Assembly: GCA_963732385.1 (NCBI GenBank) | Contig: CAVSZB010000002.1 | Span: 96,001 to 160,000, forward strand | DNA length: 64,000 nt | From: an uncultured bacterium | Lineage (GTDB): Bacteria; Krumholzibacteriota; Krumholzibacteriia; LZORAL124-64-63 | Direction: 5' to 3' | In this document: positions 36,607 through 51,748 of the stretch, piece after piece | How positions within the stretch are numbered: the stretch's first letter is position 1 | How the letters are laid out: each line of letters starts with the position of its first letter | Notes under the pieces: generated by a model | Told to the model about the DNA's origin: nothing | The model's input: only the letters and a program-made list of their open reading frames with translations | The model's database searches: none | Made by a program: the position numbers and the translations under genes

Positions 36607-38014
36607 ATGGCACATCGGCTGGCGACAAGTCCGGCTCCGGGCGGCTCTGCGGCAGGCATGCACCTGCAGAACCCGGCTGAATGTGCACCAGTCGAATGCG
36701 CCTCAGCTGAATGTGCCTCACTCGCACACATCCTCGACACGCGCAACCATCGGCCGATGCTGCGTCTGCAGGCGCTGCAGATACTTGAAGGCGTGTGCCG
36801 CAGTCTCGAGCACGCGCATCGCAACGGCCACATACACGGCGATGTGCGGCCGGAAAAGATCTTCGTCACCTCGAAGGGACACGTCCGGCTGACCGGCCAC
36901 GGCGATGCACCCACGGCGGCATACGCCAGTTGCGAAGTGCTGGAAGGCGCCCCGCCGGTCGCCGCCGACGACCTGTTTTCCGCCGCCTGCACCGGCTACC
37001 AGTTGCTTGCAGGTGAGCCGGCATTCGATGCCGGCGACGCGCTCCAGGCAGAAGCCGCCGGCCAGCGCCCGGCGCGCATTGCACATCTGTCACCCGGGCA
37101 ATGGCGCGCACTCGACCGCGCACTCGCGTTCCGGCGCGCAGACCGTCAACCGGACATCGAGACCTTTCTCAACGAACTGCGCAGTCAATTCCCCGGCCAG
37201 TCAGAAGCAGATGCCACCGCATCCGCTGCGAGCCTGCCGCTTGCCGGCATGGACGAGAATCGCGGCCTGCGCCTGCCGGTCATGGTCGCCGGCCTGACCG
37301 GCATCGCCCTCGTCATCGCATCCGGCTGGTGGCTGCTCCGCACACCCGGGGTTCCAGCCAGTGCCCCTCCGCCACCGATTGCAGGCGGCAAGATTGAACC
37401 CCGGCGAATAGTGCGCAGGGCAGCCCTGCCAGTTGCTGACACGGCGCTGCAGCCAAGCACCGGCAATTTCGCCAGCGATGCCGGCAGTAGCGCCAGTAGC
37501 GCCAGTACCGGCCGTACCACCAGTACCGGCAGCAATTCCGCAACGGATGCCCGCGGAAGCACCCCGCCAGCCGACGGCAGAGAGGTTTGGCGACATCAAG
37601 CCGCCTGTGGCAGACATGGCACCGTTACCACTGTCGCTGTCTGCACCCAGCGCAGTCGTACCGGCCCTGCCGGATCTGCCCGTTCCGGCAATCAACCTGC
37701 CCGCGCCACCGGCGGCCGACAGCGGCATCCACATGGTGCCGTTCTCCAGCCTGAAAGTGCGGCGTTACGTCGATCCCGACTACCCGCGCAACAGCGAGGG
37801 CATCCGCACCGCCGGCTGGGTGGATGTGCGCTTCGGCATCGATGCAGCGGGTCGTACCACCGCATTGCAGGTCACTGCTGCCGAACCGGCAGGTGTTTTC
37901 GAGGACGCCGCCCTCGCCGCCGCAAGGCGCTGGCGCTTTGCGCCGGTGGCGGCGCCCGCGGGATCGGGCCAGGAAGTACGCAGCGAAATCCGCGTCCGCT
38001 TCATTCCGGACTGA
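36607..38014 (+). CDS. Degenerate Ser/Thr-kinase-like domain + TM + Pro-rich linker + TonB C-terminal domain; frameshift near 37420
   Basis: LEHAHRNGHIHGDVRPEKIFV, AYASCE, DDLFSAAC; TM VMVAGLTGIALVIASGWW; PDYP...GWVDVRFGID...FEDAALAAARRWRF. Confidence 0.7.
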
Positions 38015-38027
38015 ATCGCAAGCGCGG

Positions 38028-38828
38028 CTAAAAACCGAGCGGACCGAACAGATCGCGCCGGCGAAAGAGGCTCATGAAGAACCGTGCGCGCACCTTGCCG
38101 TTGGTCAGCCAGCGCACTGCCGCACCGTTCTTGCCGTGATTGGCGAGCATCCCGGCCACCAGAAACGGCGTCACCGTCTCGACCGTGTCCGCAAGGATAT
38201 TGAGGATCTTCTTGGACCGCTCCCAGTTCTGGTTCCGCTGTTCGGGGGGCGGCACGAGCAGATCGGTCACGACGATGCCGGGACTCAGATAGCCGACACT
38301 GACCGGTGACTTGCCGAGTTCCTTCGCCAGCGCCTTGGTGAAATAGGCAACCGCATACTTGGATGTGCCGTACACCGAGAGCGTCGGGCGCACGGAACCG
38401 TTGCTGCCAAAACCCTCCATGTTCCAGATCATGCCACTGCCCTGTTTGTACATGGCCGGGATCGCCACGCGATTGCAGTGCATCAGGCCGAGGACATTGG
38501 TATTGATGGTCTTGACGTAGTTGTCCGGTGGCAGCATGAAGAACGGCGCCTTGATGCCGTCGGCACCGGCATTGTTGACCCAGATATCCACGCTGCCGAG
38601 TCCCGCGACCGCCGCGTCCCAGAGCCCCTGCACCTGGGCGTAATCCGCAACCTCGCAAACCTTGCCGACGATTTTCCGCCCGGGAAATTCCGCCCGCAGC
38701 AAGGCCAATGCCTTTTCCACCGCCGCAGAGCCGCGACTGGAAATCATCACCTCGTGGCCCGATTTGAGGAATTCGCGGGCCAGACCGAGGCCGATACCCC
38801 TGGTACTGCCGGTTATCACCACATGCAT
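38028..38828 (-). CDS. SDR oxidoreductase resembling the chlorophyll b reductase (NOL/NYC1) subfamily
   Basis: VVITGSTRGIGLGLAREFL, DIWVNNAG, NMEGFGSNG, YGTSK, LSPGIVVTDLL, NILADTVETV. Confidence 0.85.
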   Translation of the reverse strand: MHVVITGSTRGIGLGLAREFLKSGHEVMISSRGSAAVEKALALLRAEFPGRKIVGKVCEVADYAQVQGLWDAAVAGLGSVDIWVNNAGADGIKAPFFMLPPDNYVKTINTNVLGLMHCNRVAIPAMYKQGSGMIWNMEGFGSNGSVRPTLSVYGTSKYAVAYFTKALAKELGKSPVSVGYLSPGIVVTDLLVPPPEQRNQNWERSKKILNILADTVETVTPFLVAGMLANHGKNGAAVRWLTNGKVRARFFMSLFRRRDLFGPLGF

Positions 38829-38981
38829 GCGAAGCCACCTTGAGAAAGCGTGGGGGAATCGATTGTGCCCCGGGACGGGAAGTCCTGCATCCTGCCAGTA
38901 CCGGGATGCCCGTCCGGAGAGTAGAATCCACCCCGGGCAACCCCCGCGGCTCTCGCCGCGACAACAGATCAAACAACAAAC

Positions 38982-41638
38982 ATGCGAACTCCAGCCCTGC
39001 TGATTGCTGCGGTCTTTGGTGCCGTGACCGTGACCTTGTGGGCATTGGCCAACCAGCCGGTCGCCGAACCGCAGTGGCCAGAGCGTATCCAGGGCTTCGC
39101 CTTTTCGCCCTATCACAGCGGCCAGGATGCGGTGGCCGGGGACTTCCCCAGCATCGAACAGATCGACGGCGATCTGGTGCTGCTCAAGGACCGCACCCGC
39201 TCGATCCGTACCTACACGACTGACAGCACCATCGGCGAAGTGCCGAAACTCGCCCAGAAACACCAGATCAAGGTCGCGCTGGGCGCCTGGATCGACGCGC
39301 GCTTTGCACACAACGCCACCGAGATCGAGCGTGCGATCCGGTTGGCACGCCGGCACGACAATGTCATCCGCCTGATCGTCGGCAACGAGGTCATCCTGCG
39401 CGGTGACATCCCGCTTGCGGATCTCACCGCCTATCTCGACAAGGTACGCGCAGCCGTCAAGCAACCGGTCAGCACCGCCGAGCCGTGGCATGTCTGGCTG
39501 CGCCATCCGGAACTTGCCGAGCACGTCGACTATCTGGCCGTACACATGCTGCCGTACTGGGAAGGCATACCGGCGGACGCCTCGATCGGCTACATCGACA
39601 GCAAGGTAGCGGAACTCGAACAGGCTTTTCCCGGCAAGAAAATCGTTCTCGCCGAGGTCGGCTGGCCCAGCAACGGCCGCACGCGCGAGGCAGCGGTCGC
39701 CTCCGAGTCCAACGAGGCGATGTTCCTGCGCCGCTTTCTGGCCCGCGCCAGGGAACAGGGCTACGTCTACTACCTGATGGAAGCCTTCGACCAGCCGTGG
39801 AAGGCGCAGAGCGAAGGATCGGTCGGTGCCTACTGGGGCGTCTGGAACGTCGATCGCGAAGCCAAGTTTCCCTTCAAGGCGCCCATCGTGCGCATACCCG
39901 AATGGCGCACGCTGGCCGCCATCGCGGTTGCACTGGCGCTGCTGCTGTTCACGGTGTTTTCACTGGACGGGCGCAGGCTGGCCACAGTCCGGGCGCAGCT
40001 TTCTGGCGGTGGTTGCCTACGCCACGACCACGACCGTGGTCTGGGTGCTCTACGAATACTCGCAGCAATACATGACGGTCACCACGGTGGTCGTCGGTGT
40101 GCTGATGCTCATCGGTACCATCGGTGTACTCGCGGTGCTGCTGGCCGAAGCGCATGAGTGGGCCGAGGCACAGTGGGCCACTGCGCGGCGCCAGTTGCCG
40201 GGGGCTCCTGCTGACGACAGCGATGCGGCGGCGGCTCAACCGAAAGTCTCGGTACACGTGCCCTGCTACAACGAACCACCGGCGATGGTCATCGAGACTC
40301 TCGATGCGCTGGCACAGCTCGACTGGGCGGATTTCGAAGTCCTGGTGATCGACAACAACACCTGCGACGAAGCGGTATGGCGACCGGTAGAGGCCCATTG
40401 CGCAACGCTGGGCGCGCGCTTCCGGTTTTTCCATGTCGCACCGCTGGCCGGCTTCAAGGCTGGCGCACTCAACTTCGCACTCAAAAACACCGACCCGGCT
40501 GCACAGATCATCGCGGTCATCGACAGTGACTATGTCGTGAGTCCGGACTGGCTGCGCGACATGCTGCCGGCCTTCGCCGATCCAAAACTGGCCATCGCGC
40601 AGGCGCCACAGGATTATCGCGATACTGCCGAAAACGCCTTCAAGGCCAGCTGCTACGCGGAGTACGCGGGCTTCTTCCACATCGGCATGGTCACGCGCAA
40701 CGAGCGCAACGCCATCATCCAGCACGGCACGATGACACTGGTCCGGCGCACTGCGCTCGAATCCGTCGGCGGCTGGAGCGAGTGGTGCATCACGGAAGAC
40801 GCCGAACTCGGTCTGCGCCTGTTCGAGCAGGGCTGGACTGCCAGCTACAGCCCGCGCACCTATGGCCGCGGCCTGATGCCGGATACCTTCAACGATTTCC
40901 GCAAGCAGCGTTTCCGCTGGGCCTATGGCGCCATGCAGATCCTGCGCCGGCACGCCAGCGTGCTGTTCCGCTGGCAAGACCGCTCACTGACCACGGGCCA
41001 GCGCTACCACTTCCTCGCCGGCTGGCTGCCGTGGGTGGCCGATGGCTTCAACCTGCTGTTCAATTTTGCAGCCCTGGGCTGGTCGATCGGCATGGTCCTG
41101 GCGCCCAACGTGGTTGATCCGCCGCTGCTGATCTTCTCGGTGTTGCCGCTGTCGCTGTTTGCCTTCAAGGCCGCAAAACTCATCGACCTGTACCGCAGCT
41201 GCGTGGGCGCCCGCCCGCGGCAGATTGCCGCCGCTGCACTGGCCGGACTCGGCCTGTCGCACACCGTCGGTGTGGCGATACTCTCGGGCCTGGTCAACGG
41301 AAGACAAGCCGTTCTTCCGCACGCCCAAGCAGGCGCAACAGCATGCCCTGCTGACGGCATTGTCTTCTGCCCGCGAAGAATGGCTGATGACCATCGCCCT
41401 GCTGCTGGCCGCCTGGGGCGTCAGCTCGATCGAACTGATGGGCAGCCCGGATCTGTCGATCTGGATCCTGGTACTGCTGGTGCAGACCGTGCCGTACCTG
41501 GCCGCGATCATCATGTCGCTGGTCAGTGCCCTGCCCCTGCCGGCAAGGCTCATCGGCACACCGAAGCCCACCCGCCACCAGGCACCGGTTGCCGGCGACG
41601 ACTACGACGACGCTGCGAGCCGGCCGGGGAACAGCTGA
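38982..41638 (+). CDS. ndvB: GH17 + GT2 fusion, NdvB-like cyclic beta-1,3-glucan synthase; frameshifts near 39990 and 41300
   Basis: IVGNEVILR, HMLPYWEG, AEVGWPS, EAFDQPWK (GH17); VPCYNEPP, IDSDY, ITEDAELG, QRFRW (GT2). Confidence 0.85.
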
Positions 41639-41758
41639 TCTGCCCCGCTGCGTCCGACCAGTGGCGCAGCCGGCAACTAATACCGCCCTTCCCGACTAGG
41701 CGCAGCTGCGCATGGTCGTTACCATCGTGGTTCGCCTCCGCCGCTCCGGAATCACCGC

Positions 41759-43797
41759 ATGGTTTCCCTTCCTCAGATCCTGACCATCCTCGCACTGCTG
41801 GTTGGCGCCTTGCCGGCTATCGCAACCGCCGAACAATGGCTGCACTACGGTGGCGATGCCGGGGGCCAGAAGTACTCCCCGCTGACGCAGATCAACGCCG
41901 CCAACGTCGCTCAGCTGGAAGTCGCCTGGCAATACAGCACCGGCGAACTCGCCCGTCGCCCCGAACTGCAGAGCAAGTGGGCCAAGGTGCAGGTAAATCC
42001 GATCCTGCTGCCTGCCGCGGCCGGCGGGCACCTGATGATCTGCACGCCCTTTGGCCGGGTGATCGCGCTCGATCCAGCCACCGGCACGGAACGCTGGGTC
42101 CACGAACCGGACACGCGCGTCGGCGGCTATGCCACGGCTGAAGACCCGCAAGGCCTCAAGAGCCCCGGCTTCACCAACTGTCGCGGCGTCGCTTACTGGA
42201 CCGAAAGCGCAGGCGCCGGCGCCAGCCCTGTGTGGCCAGCGCATCTTCGTCGCCACCCACGATCTGCGCCTGATCGCCCTGGACGCAAAGACCGGCAAAC
42301 CCTGTCCGGACTTTGGCAATAACGGCACCGTGGCACTCGAGGCCACGGTCCTCGCCGCACATCCGCCGGCAGCCATCGGCGAAGTGAAGTTCTCCGGCCC
42401 GCCGCTGGTCATCAACGACGTGGTCGTGCTCGGCACCTCGGTGCGCGACTTCCATCGCGCCAATGCGCCCAACGGGTCGGTGCGCGCTTTCGATGCACGC
42501 AGCGGCGCCGCGCGCTGGAGCTTCGACCCGATACCGCGCAGTGCGGACGATCCGGCCTATGCCGGCTGGAGCGAAGCGGTGCACGCGATACCGGCGCAGG
42601 CAATGTCTGGGGCCTGATGAGCGCCGATCCGGAACGCGATCTGGTGTTCATGCCCACCTCGAGTCCGTCACCGGATTTTTTCGGCGGCACCCGGCCCGGC
42701 AACAACGACTACGCAGACTCGATCGTCGCTCTGCACGGCGCGACGGGCAAAGTCGCCTGGCACTTCCAGACCGTCCATCACGATGTCTGGGACTATGACA
42801 ACGCCGCACAGCCGACGTTGGTGGAACTCAGCAAGGACGGCAAGCCCTTCCCGGCCGTGATCCAGGCCACCAAGACCGGCATGCTGTACATCTTTCACCG
42901 CGAAACCGGCGAGCCCTTCTTTGCCGATCGAAGAGCGGCCCGTGCCCCAGGGCGGCGTGCCGGGCGAAGTGCTCTCGCCCACGCAGCCCTTCCCGGTGAA
43001 GCCGCCACCGCTCGTGCCCCACGAATTCAGGCCGGAGGATTTCTGGGGCATGACGCCCTGGGAACGCAATGCCTGCGTGAAAGCCTATGGCAACAAACGC
43101 TACGGCAAAATCTTCACGCCGCCGACGCTCGAAGGCACGATCGTCGTGCCGTCCACGGCGGGCGGCGTGAACTGGGGCGGGGTTGCGGTCGATCCCGGCT
43201 CGAAAGATCCTCGTCACCAACGTGCTGCGCCTTGCCCACTTTGCGCAACTGCAACCGGCAGCAGACGACAACGAAGTCCGCAAGAGCATGCAGGAAAACA
43301 TGATGGGCGCGCCGGCACGGATTCTCGGCACGCCTTATGCCATCAAGCAGTCGGCACTGCTTTCGCCGCTCAACCAGGTGCCCTGCACCGCCCCGCCCTA
43401 CGCAGAACTGGTGGCCGTCGACCTGCAGCAGGGCGAGATCCTCTGGCGCGGCACGCTCGGCGTCTGGGATCACACCCTGCCGCCGCCGATGGCGGCACCG
43501 TATTCGCTGCCGCTGCCCCTGAAGTGGGGTACACCGACCTTTGGTGGTCCGATGCTCACGGCCGGCGGACTGGTGTTCATCGGTGCGACCGGCGATGACC
43601 GGCTGCGCGCCTTCGATATTCGCGACGGCAAGGAACTGTGGAGTGCTACCCTGCCGACCGGCGCTTTTGCGATCCCCATGAGTTACGAGATCGGTGGCCG
43701 GCAGTTCGTGGTGGTCGCTTCGGGTGGCCATGCCTTTGTCTACCAGAAGGCAGGCGACCAGATCACGGCCTTCGCGCTGCCCGCAGCACCGCGTTGA
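41759..43797 (+). CDS. PQQ-dependent dehydrogenase (glucose/quinate family, no N-terminal TM block); about four frameshifts
   Basis: Signal peptide, GGQKYSPLTQINAANV, CRGVAYW, WHFQTVHHDVWDYD, GGVNWGG, GGPMLTAGGLVFI. Confidence 0.85.
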
Positions 43798-43825
43798 TGA
43801 ACAGAATCACACCCAGGACTGATAA

Positions 43826-45055
43826 ATGACGGATACACCAGGCGCGGGCCCGCTGAAGGCCAGGCTGCTGCTCGGCTTCGGCGTGATGCTGTTCGCCATC
43901 GGGCAATCATTGACCTTCGTGATCATCGCACCGCTGGTGCGCCGGGTCGGCTGGGATCCGCAGAGCTTCGGTATCGCGTTGACGCTTGCCAATCTGCCGC
44001 TGGTATTTGGCGCGCCGTTCTGGGGCAAGCGCAGCGACACCATTGGCCGCAAACCGGTGTTCATCACCGGTGTGATCGGTGCGGCCATCGGCACGCTGAC
44101 CGTGGCCCTCATCATGCAGCTCGGCCTGAGCGGCCTGATGACCGGCATGAGCCTGCTGGTCCTGTTCGCCTGCGCCCGTGCCTGCTACGGGCTGGTCGCC
44201 TCGGCGATCTATCCAGCGTCGACGGCCTACATGGTGGACATCACCGACGTGCAGCACCGCGGCCAGGGCATGGCGGTGATCGGTGGTGCCAACGGACTCG
44301 GCTCCGTGCTCGGCCCGGCTCTCGCGGCAGCGCTGGCCTACTTCGGTGAACTCGTGCCGATGTACAGCGCAGCAGCCATCGGCTTCTTCGGCGCAGCGGT
44401 GAGCTACTTCCTGCTGCCGGGAACCACCAGTCACATCAACAGAACCAAGCCAAAGGTTGCGCTGAAGGTATCTGACCCGCGCCTGCGGCCCTTCATCATC
44501 ATCTGGTTCTGTTTTTTCATCACCTTCATGGGACTGCAGCTGATCCTCAGCTTCTACCTGCAGGACGAGTTCGGCATCCACGATGCCAAGCAACTGGTGC
44601 GCACCGCTAGCATCATGCTGGTCAGCATGGCCGCGATGATCGTGGTAGCGCAGATCGGCGTGTTCCAGTTCTTCAAGATACGGCCGCACATCCTGCTGCG
44701 CGTTCTCGGCCCCCTGTTCGTCATTGCGCTGCTGATCATCATGCTGGCGCCGAACACGATGGTCATGGCACTGGGCTTTGCCGTGCTCGGCATGTCCTTT
44801 GCCTGTGCCAATCCCGGCGTCAACGGCAGCGCCAGCCTGCGCGTACAACCCTGGGAACAGGGTGCGGCGGCCGGATTTCTCGGTGCCGGTACGACGCTGG
44901 GTGCGATTCTCGGACCACTGGTCGGTACGCAGATCTACACGCAACTCGGCCACAAGGCACCGATGATCATCGGTGCGGTGGTGATGGGCCTCGTCAGCCT
45001 CTACACGCTGACGATCAAGGCACCTGAACGGCCGAAACCGCCCGGCGCAGCATGA
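43826..45055 (+). CDS. MFS transporter (TetA/DHA1-like)
   Basis: WGKRSDTIGRKPVF motif A, GSVLGPALA motif C, about 12 TM segments. Confidence 0.9.
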   Translation: MTDTPGAGPLKARLLLGFGVMLFAIGQSLTFVIIAPLVRRVGWDPQSFGIALTLANLPLVFGAPFWGKRSDTIGRKPVFITGVIGAAIGTLTVALIMQLGLSGLMTGMSLLVLFACARACYGLVASAIYPASTAYMVDITDVQHRGQGMAVIGGANGLGSVLGPALAAALAYFGELVPMYSAAAIGFFGAAVSYFLLPGTTSHINRTKPKVALKVSDPRLRPFIIIWFCFFITFMGLQLILSFYLQDEFGIHDAKQLVRTASIMLVSMAAMIVVAQIGVFQFFKIRPHILLRVLGPLFVIALLIIMLAPNTMVMALGFAVLGMSFACANPGVNGSASLRVQPWEQGAAAGFLGAGTTLGAILGPLVGTQIYTQLGHKAPMIIGAVVMGLVSLYTLTIKAPERPKPPGAA

Positions 45056-45707
45056 GCACCGCCAGCCAGCCGGACCAGAGCAGCACCATCAGGAGATAGG
45101 TCGGGATGAAGGTCACGGCCATGAGCAGGCCGGTGAAGCCCGACAGATAACCGAACCAGCAGAAGGCCCTGGGCAGGATGCCCGTGCGCAGGCCGCAGTA
45201 GCTCAGTTGCCAGGCAAACCAGCCCAGCCCGACCTGGGCGAGGCAGTTGAAGATGATGCGCACGATGCTCAAGGACAGATAGGCCGCATCCTCGAGCTCC
45301 GGATTCTGCGCCGACAGCAGCTTCACGGCAGCGGCACCGGCCTGATCGGTGATGGCAGTCAACAGAAAACCGACACCAGCGACAAAACCGGCACCCAGCA
45401 GCAGGCGCCCGGCAGCCAGCCTCGAATCGCGGAACAGTTGCCGGGCGGCGAGGCCAAGCACCACACAGGCGAAGCCGCTCAGCAGATGACCGAAGCCCGA
45501 CAAACGCCATGGCAGCGAGCCCAGCGCATTCTTGAGCTTGGCGAGGTCGGCATAATCCACGCGCGGATCCTTGAAGCCGAGAAAGTTCGGCTCGATGTAC
45601 AGCGCATTGATGTTGTGGACGAGAAAGGCCGCGCAGATCACCAGCGCTGCCAGCCCCATCAGGATGTCGGGCCGGTACGGGGACGGCTTGTCACGTTCTG
45701 GCAACAC
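45015..45707 (-). CDS. Hypothetical multi-pass membrane protein
   Basis: About six hydrophobic segments; likely cotranscribed with the CIA30 gene (15-nt gap). Confidence 0.65.
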   Translation of the reverse strand: MLPERDKPSPYRPDILMGLAALVICAAFLVHNINALYIEPNFLGFKDPRVDYADLAKLKNALGSLPWRLSGFGHLLSGFACVVLGLAARQLFRDSRLAAGRLLLGAGFVAGVGFLLTAITDQAGAAAVKLLSAQNPELEDAAYLSLSIVRIIFNCLAQVGLGWFAWQLSYCGLRTGILPRAFCWFGYLSGFTGLLMAVTFIPTYLLMVLLWSGWLAVLMLRRAVSAVQVP

Positions 45708-45722
45708 GGTGTCCTACCTTGT

Positions 45723-46349
45723 TCAGGTGTAAAGCGCGATCCGGGCGAGGGCTATATCGGCGTGGAATTCACGCATCCAGCCGAGGATGGCAATGCGATT
45801 CACCCGACTGCTGTCAAGCGGCACATCGAGGCCGTTGGGCTTGAAATCGGCCCAGGGTATCCGCAGCTGCTGCCATTCGGGTTTGGAAAAAAACGTGTAT
45901 CGGTATGACTCGTCGTACCAGCCACAATCTGCCGTGCGTACATGCACGTTGTAGTTTTCGTTGTTGCCGTACACCAGCATCTCCAGTCCCTTGTACGCGG
46001 AGCCATCGAGTTCAGCGTCCCGGCTGCCGAAATACATCGCCATCTGTATGAAGCCGCCGTTGCTCTCGCGGGTGACCGTGCCGGTGAGCCGCAGGCAGCT
46101 CCTGCCGTCGACAGTCGACTTGTCGAGGCTGGCGTCTGAAACACCGCCCATCACGCGATCGCTGAATCCGCGCCAACCCGCAGCGGGCAGCACATAGGGC
46201 TCGACGCCGGAAAAGTCACTCAGCAGCAGTTCGCTGTGGCTGTCATTCATCAGTTGATCCTCCTCACCGGCTGCCGTCCGGAAGAATCCCGCCAACGGCA
46301 GAAGTCCAGCCGCCATCAGAAACGCCCGCCTGTCCGGATGCCTGCGCAT
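45723..46349 (-). CDS. CIA30 family protein with Tat-like leader
   Basis: DRRAFL leader; WRGFSDRVMGGVS, LTGTVTRESNGGFIQM, WQQLRIPWADF. Confidence 0.85.
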   Translation of the reverse strand: MRRHPDRRAFLMAAGLLPLAGFFRTAAGEEDQLMNDSHSELLLSDFSGVEPYVLPAAGWRGFSDRVMGGVSDASLDKSTVDGRSCLRLTGTVTRESNGGFIQMAMYFGSRDAELDGSAYKGLEMLVYGNNENYNVHVRTADCGWYDESYRYTFFSKPEWQQLRIPWADFKPNGLDVPLDSSRVNRIAILGWMREFHADIALARIALYT

Positions 46350-46446
46350 ATGCCCGCCCGCTGTCGGATCACGGACAGAGCATACCTCCGATCACGCCCG
46401 CGGCGCGATGCAGACCGGCAGTCGAGAAATGTACTTTCCGGGTTTT

Positions 46447-46474
46447 GAATCCGGTACTTCGATCCGGGCGAACT
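46447..46474 (+). promoter_or_regulatory. Possible ECF-sigma promoter for the fasciclin gene
   Basis: GAATCC-N16-CGAACT about 45 nt upstream of the ATG; resembles the ATCC...CGAA pattern of SigK-type fasciclin promoters. Confidence 0.4.
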
Positions 46475-46518
46475 TTGGTTCATGCCAGCGGTGGTCGCCT
46501 GGCACCTGAGGAGTACTG

Positions 46519-47061
46519 ATGATGACGTACACAGATCGGATGACTAGCCCGCTGAAGGCCATGGCCCTGGCAGCCCTGCTTGCAATCGGTGGCTACGCCT
46601 CGGTCAGCAATGCAGCACAAGCTGCGGCTGCAGCCCCCGCCGCTCCAGGTGATGTTGTTGCGGTGGCGATTGGCGCCGGCTCTTTCAATACCCTGGTCGC
46701 GGCAATCAAGGCCGCTGACCTCGTCGGTGCTTTGCAGGGCAAAGGTCCCTTCACCGTATTTGCACCCACTGATGCGGCTTTTGCAGCCTTGCCGGCAGGA
46801 ACCCTCGACGATCTTCTGAAACCGGCGAACAAGGAAAAACTGCAGGCCATCCTCCTGTATCACGTGGTTCCCGGCAAGGTCATGTCCGCTGACCTGAAGG
46901 GCACTGTCAGCGCGGCCACTCTGCAGGGCCAGCCGGCAACCATCGTCGCAGCGGCCTCAGGAGTGACCGTGAACGGTGCGCGGGTTGTGACCGCTGACGT
47001 CGCAGCCAGCAATGGCGTCATTCATGTGATCGATGCAGTGATATTGCCCCCGGCCAACTAA
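46519..47061 (+). CDS. Secreted fasciclin (FAS1) domain protein
   Basis: [53 protein letters not shown]. Confidence 0.95.
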   Translation: MMTYTDRMTSPLKAMALAALLAIGGYASVSNAAQAAAAAPAAPGDVVAVAIGAGSFNTLVAAIKAADLVGALQGKGPFTVFAPTDAAFAALPAGTLDDLLKPANKEKLQAILLYHVVPGKVMSADLKGTVSAATLQGQPATIVAAASGVTVNGARVVTADVAASNGVIHVIDAVILPPAN

Positions 47062-47102
47062 GCGTTTCGAGTCCTCCCTGCCTGTCCCCCCCGCAGGCAG
47101 CG

Positions 47103-47132
47103 CGGCCGGCCCCAAAGGCCGGCCGTTTTTTT
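47103..47132 (+). terminator. Rho-independent terminator after the fasciclin gene
   Basis: CGGCCGGCC-ccaaa-GGCCGGCCG-TTTTTTT. Confidence 0.85.
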
Positions 47133-47255
47133 GAATCCGGCACAGGTATATTGGGCCAGCCGGTTGCACGGATCTCCAGGCCTGCTTGATCTGCGCCTCA
47201 TGACTGCTGCAGCAACCGGCCAGCAGACATCGGGAGATTAGCCATCAAGGCAGCA

Positions 47256-51056
<3,801 letters not shown>

Positions 51057-51748
51057 GCAGCAGCCAGACGCCGGCAGGTGCGGGTACGGCGCTGGCGGTG
51101 ATTGCGGCTTCATCGCTCACATCAACGTCTATGGAAAGGAAATCAGTACCGAAGAAGCCGCCGTAAAAGGTATTGATCGCCAGGCTGATGCTGCCAGGAC
51201 CTAGCAGCCCAGCAGGTTCACCGAGATATCGCCGAGCTTGTTGACCCCGCTCAGACCGGCGAAATTGCCGAAGTGGATCTGGTAATCGTTGTCCGCATTC
51301 TCGGTTCCGTGACCGGTAAACGACGGATCAGCCGTATCGGTGAAATAGCTGCTGGGCGTGAACTCAGCCATCGAGATCGGCCCCTGGAGATCAAGATCGA
51401 TGCCGCCACCGATGGTCGGTTCATTGGTGAAGTCCATCCACAGCTCGAAGGAGACAGTGCTCGGCACTTCCGGATCATAGATGCCGGCCTGACTGTCCGG
51501 TTCCATGTAGACCGCTGCGGCCTCGGCTGCCGACATCGACAGGCCGGCCAGCATGGCGACAGCCAGCAGGCTCTTCAGCTTCTTGTTGTGTGTGCAATTC
51601 ATGGTCGACTCCCCCAGTACATTTCTTTTCGAAGGGCTACGCAGCCCGGTTTAAGTCAATCTTCGTACATCACACGGTACTATGCACACACCATGTGACA
51701 TAAGCTTGAAATCGGCATGAAAGTCTTGTCCGTTACTTCATCACTTCA

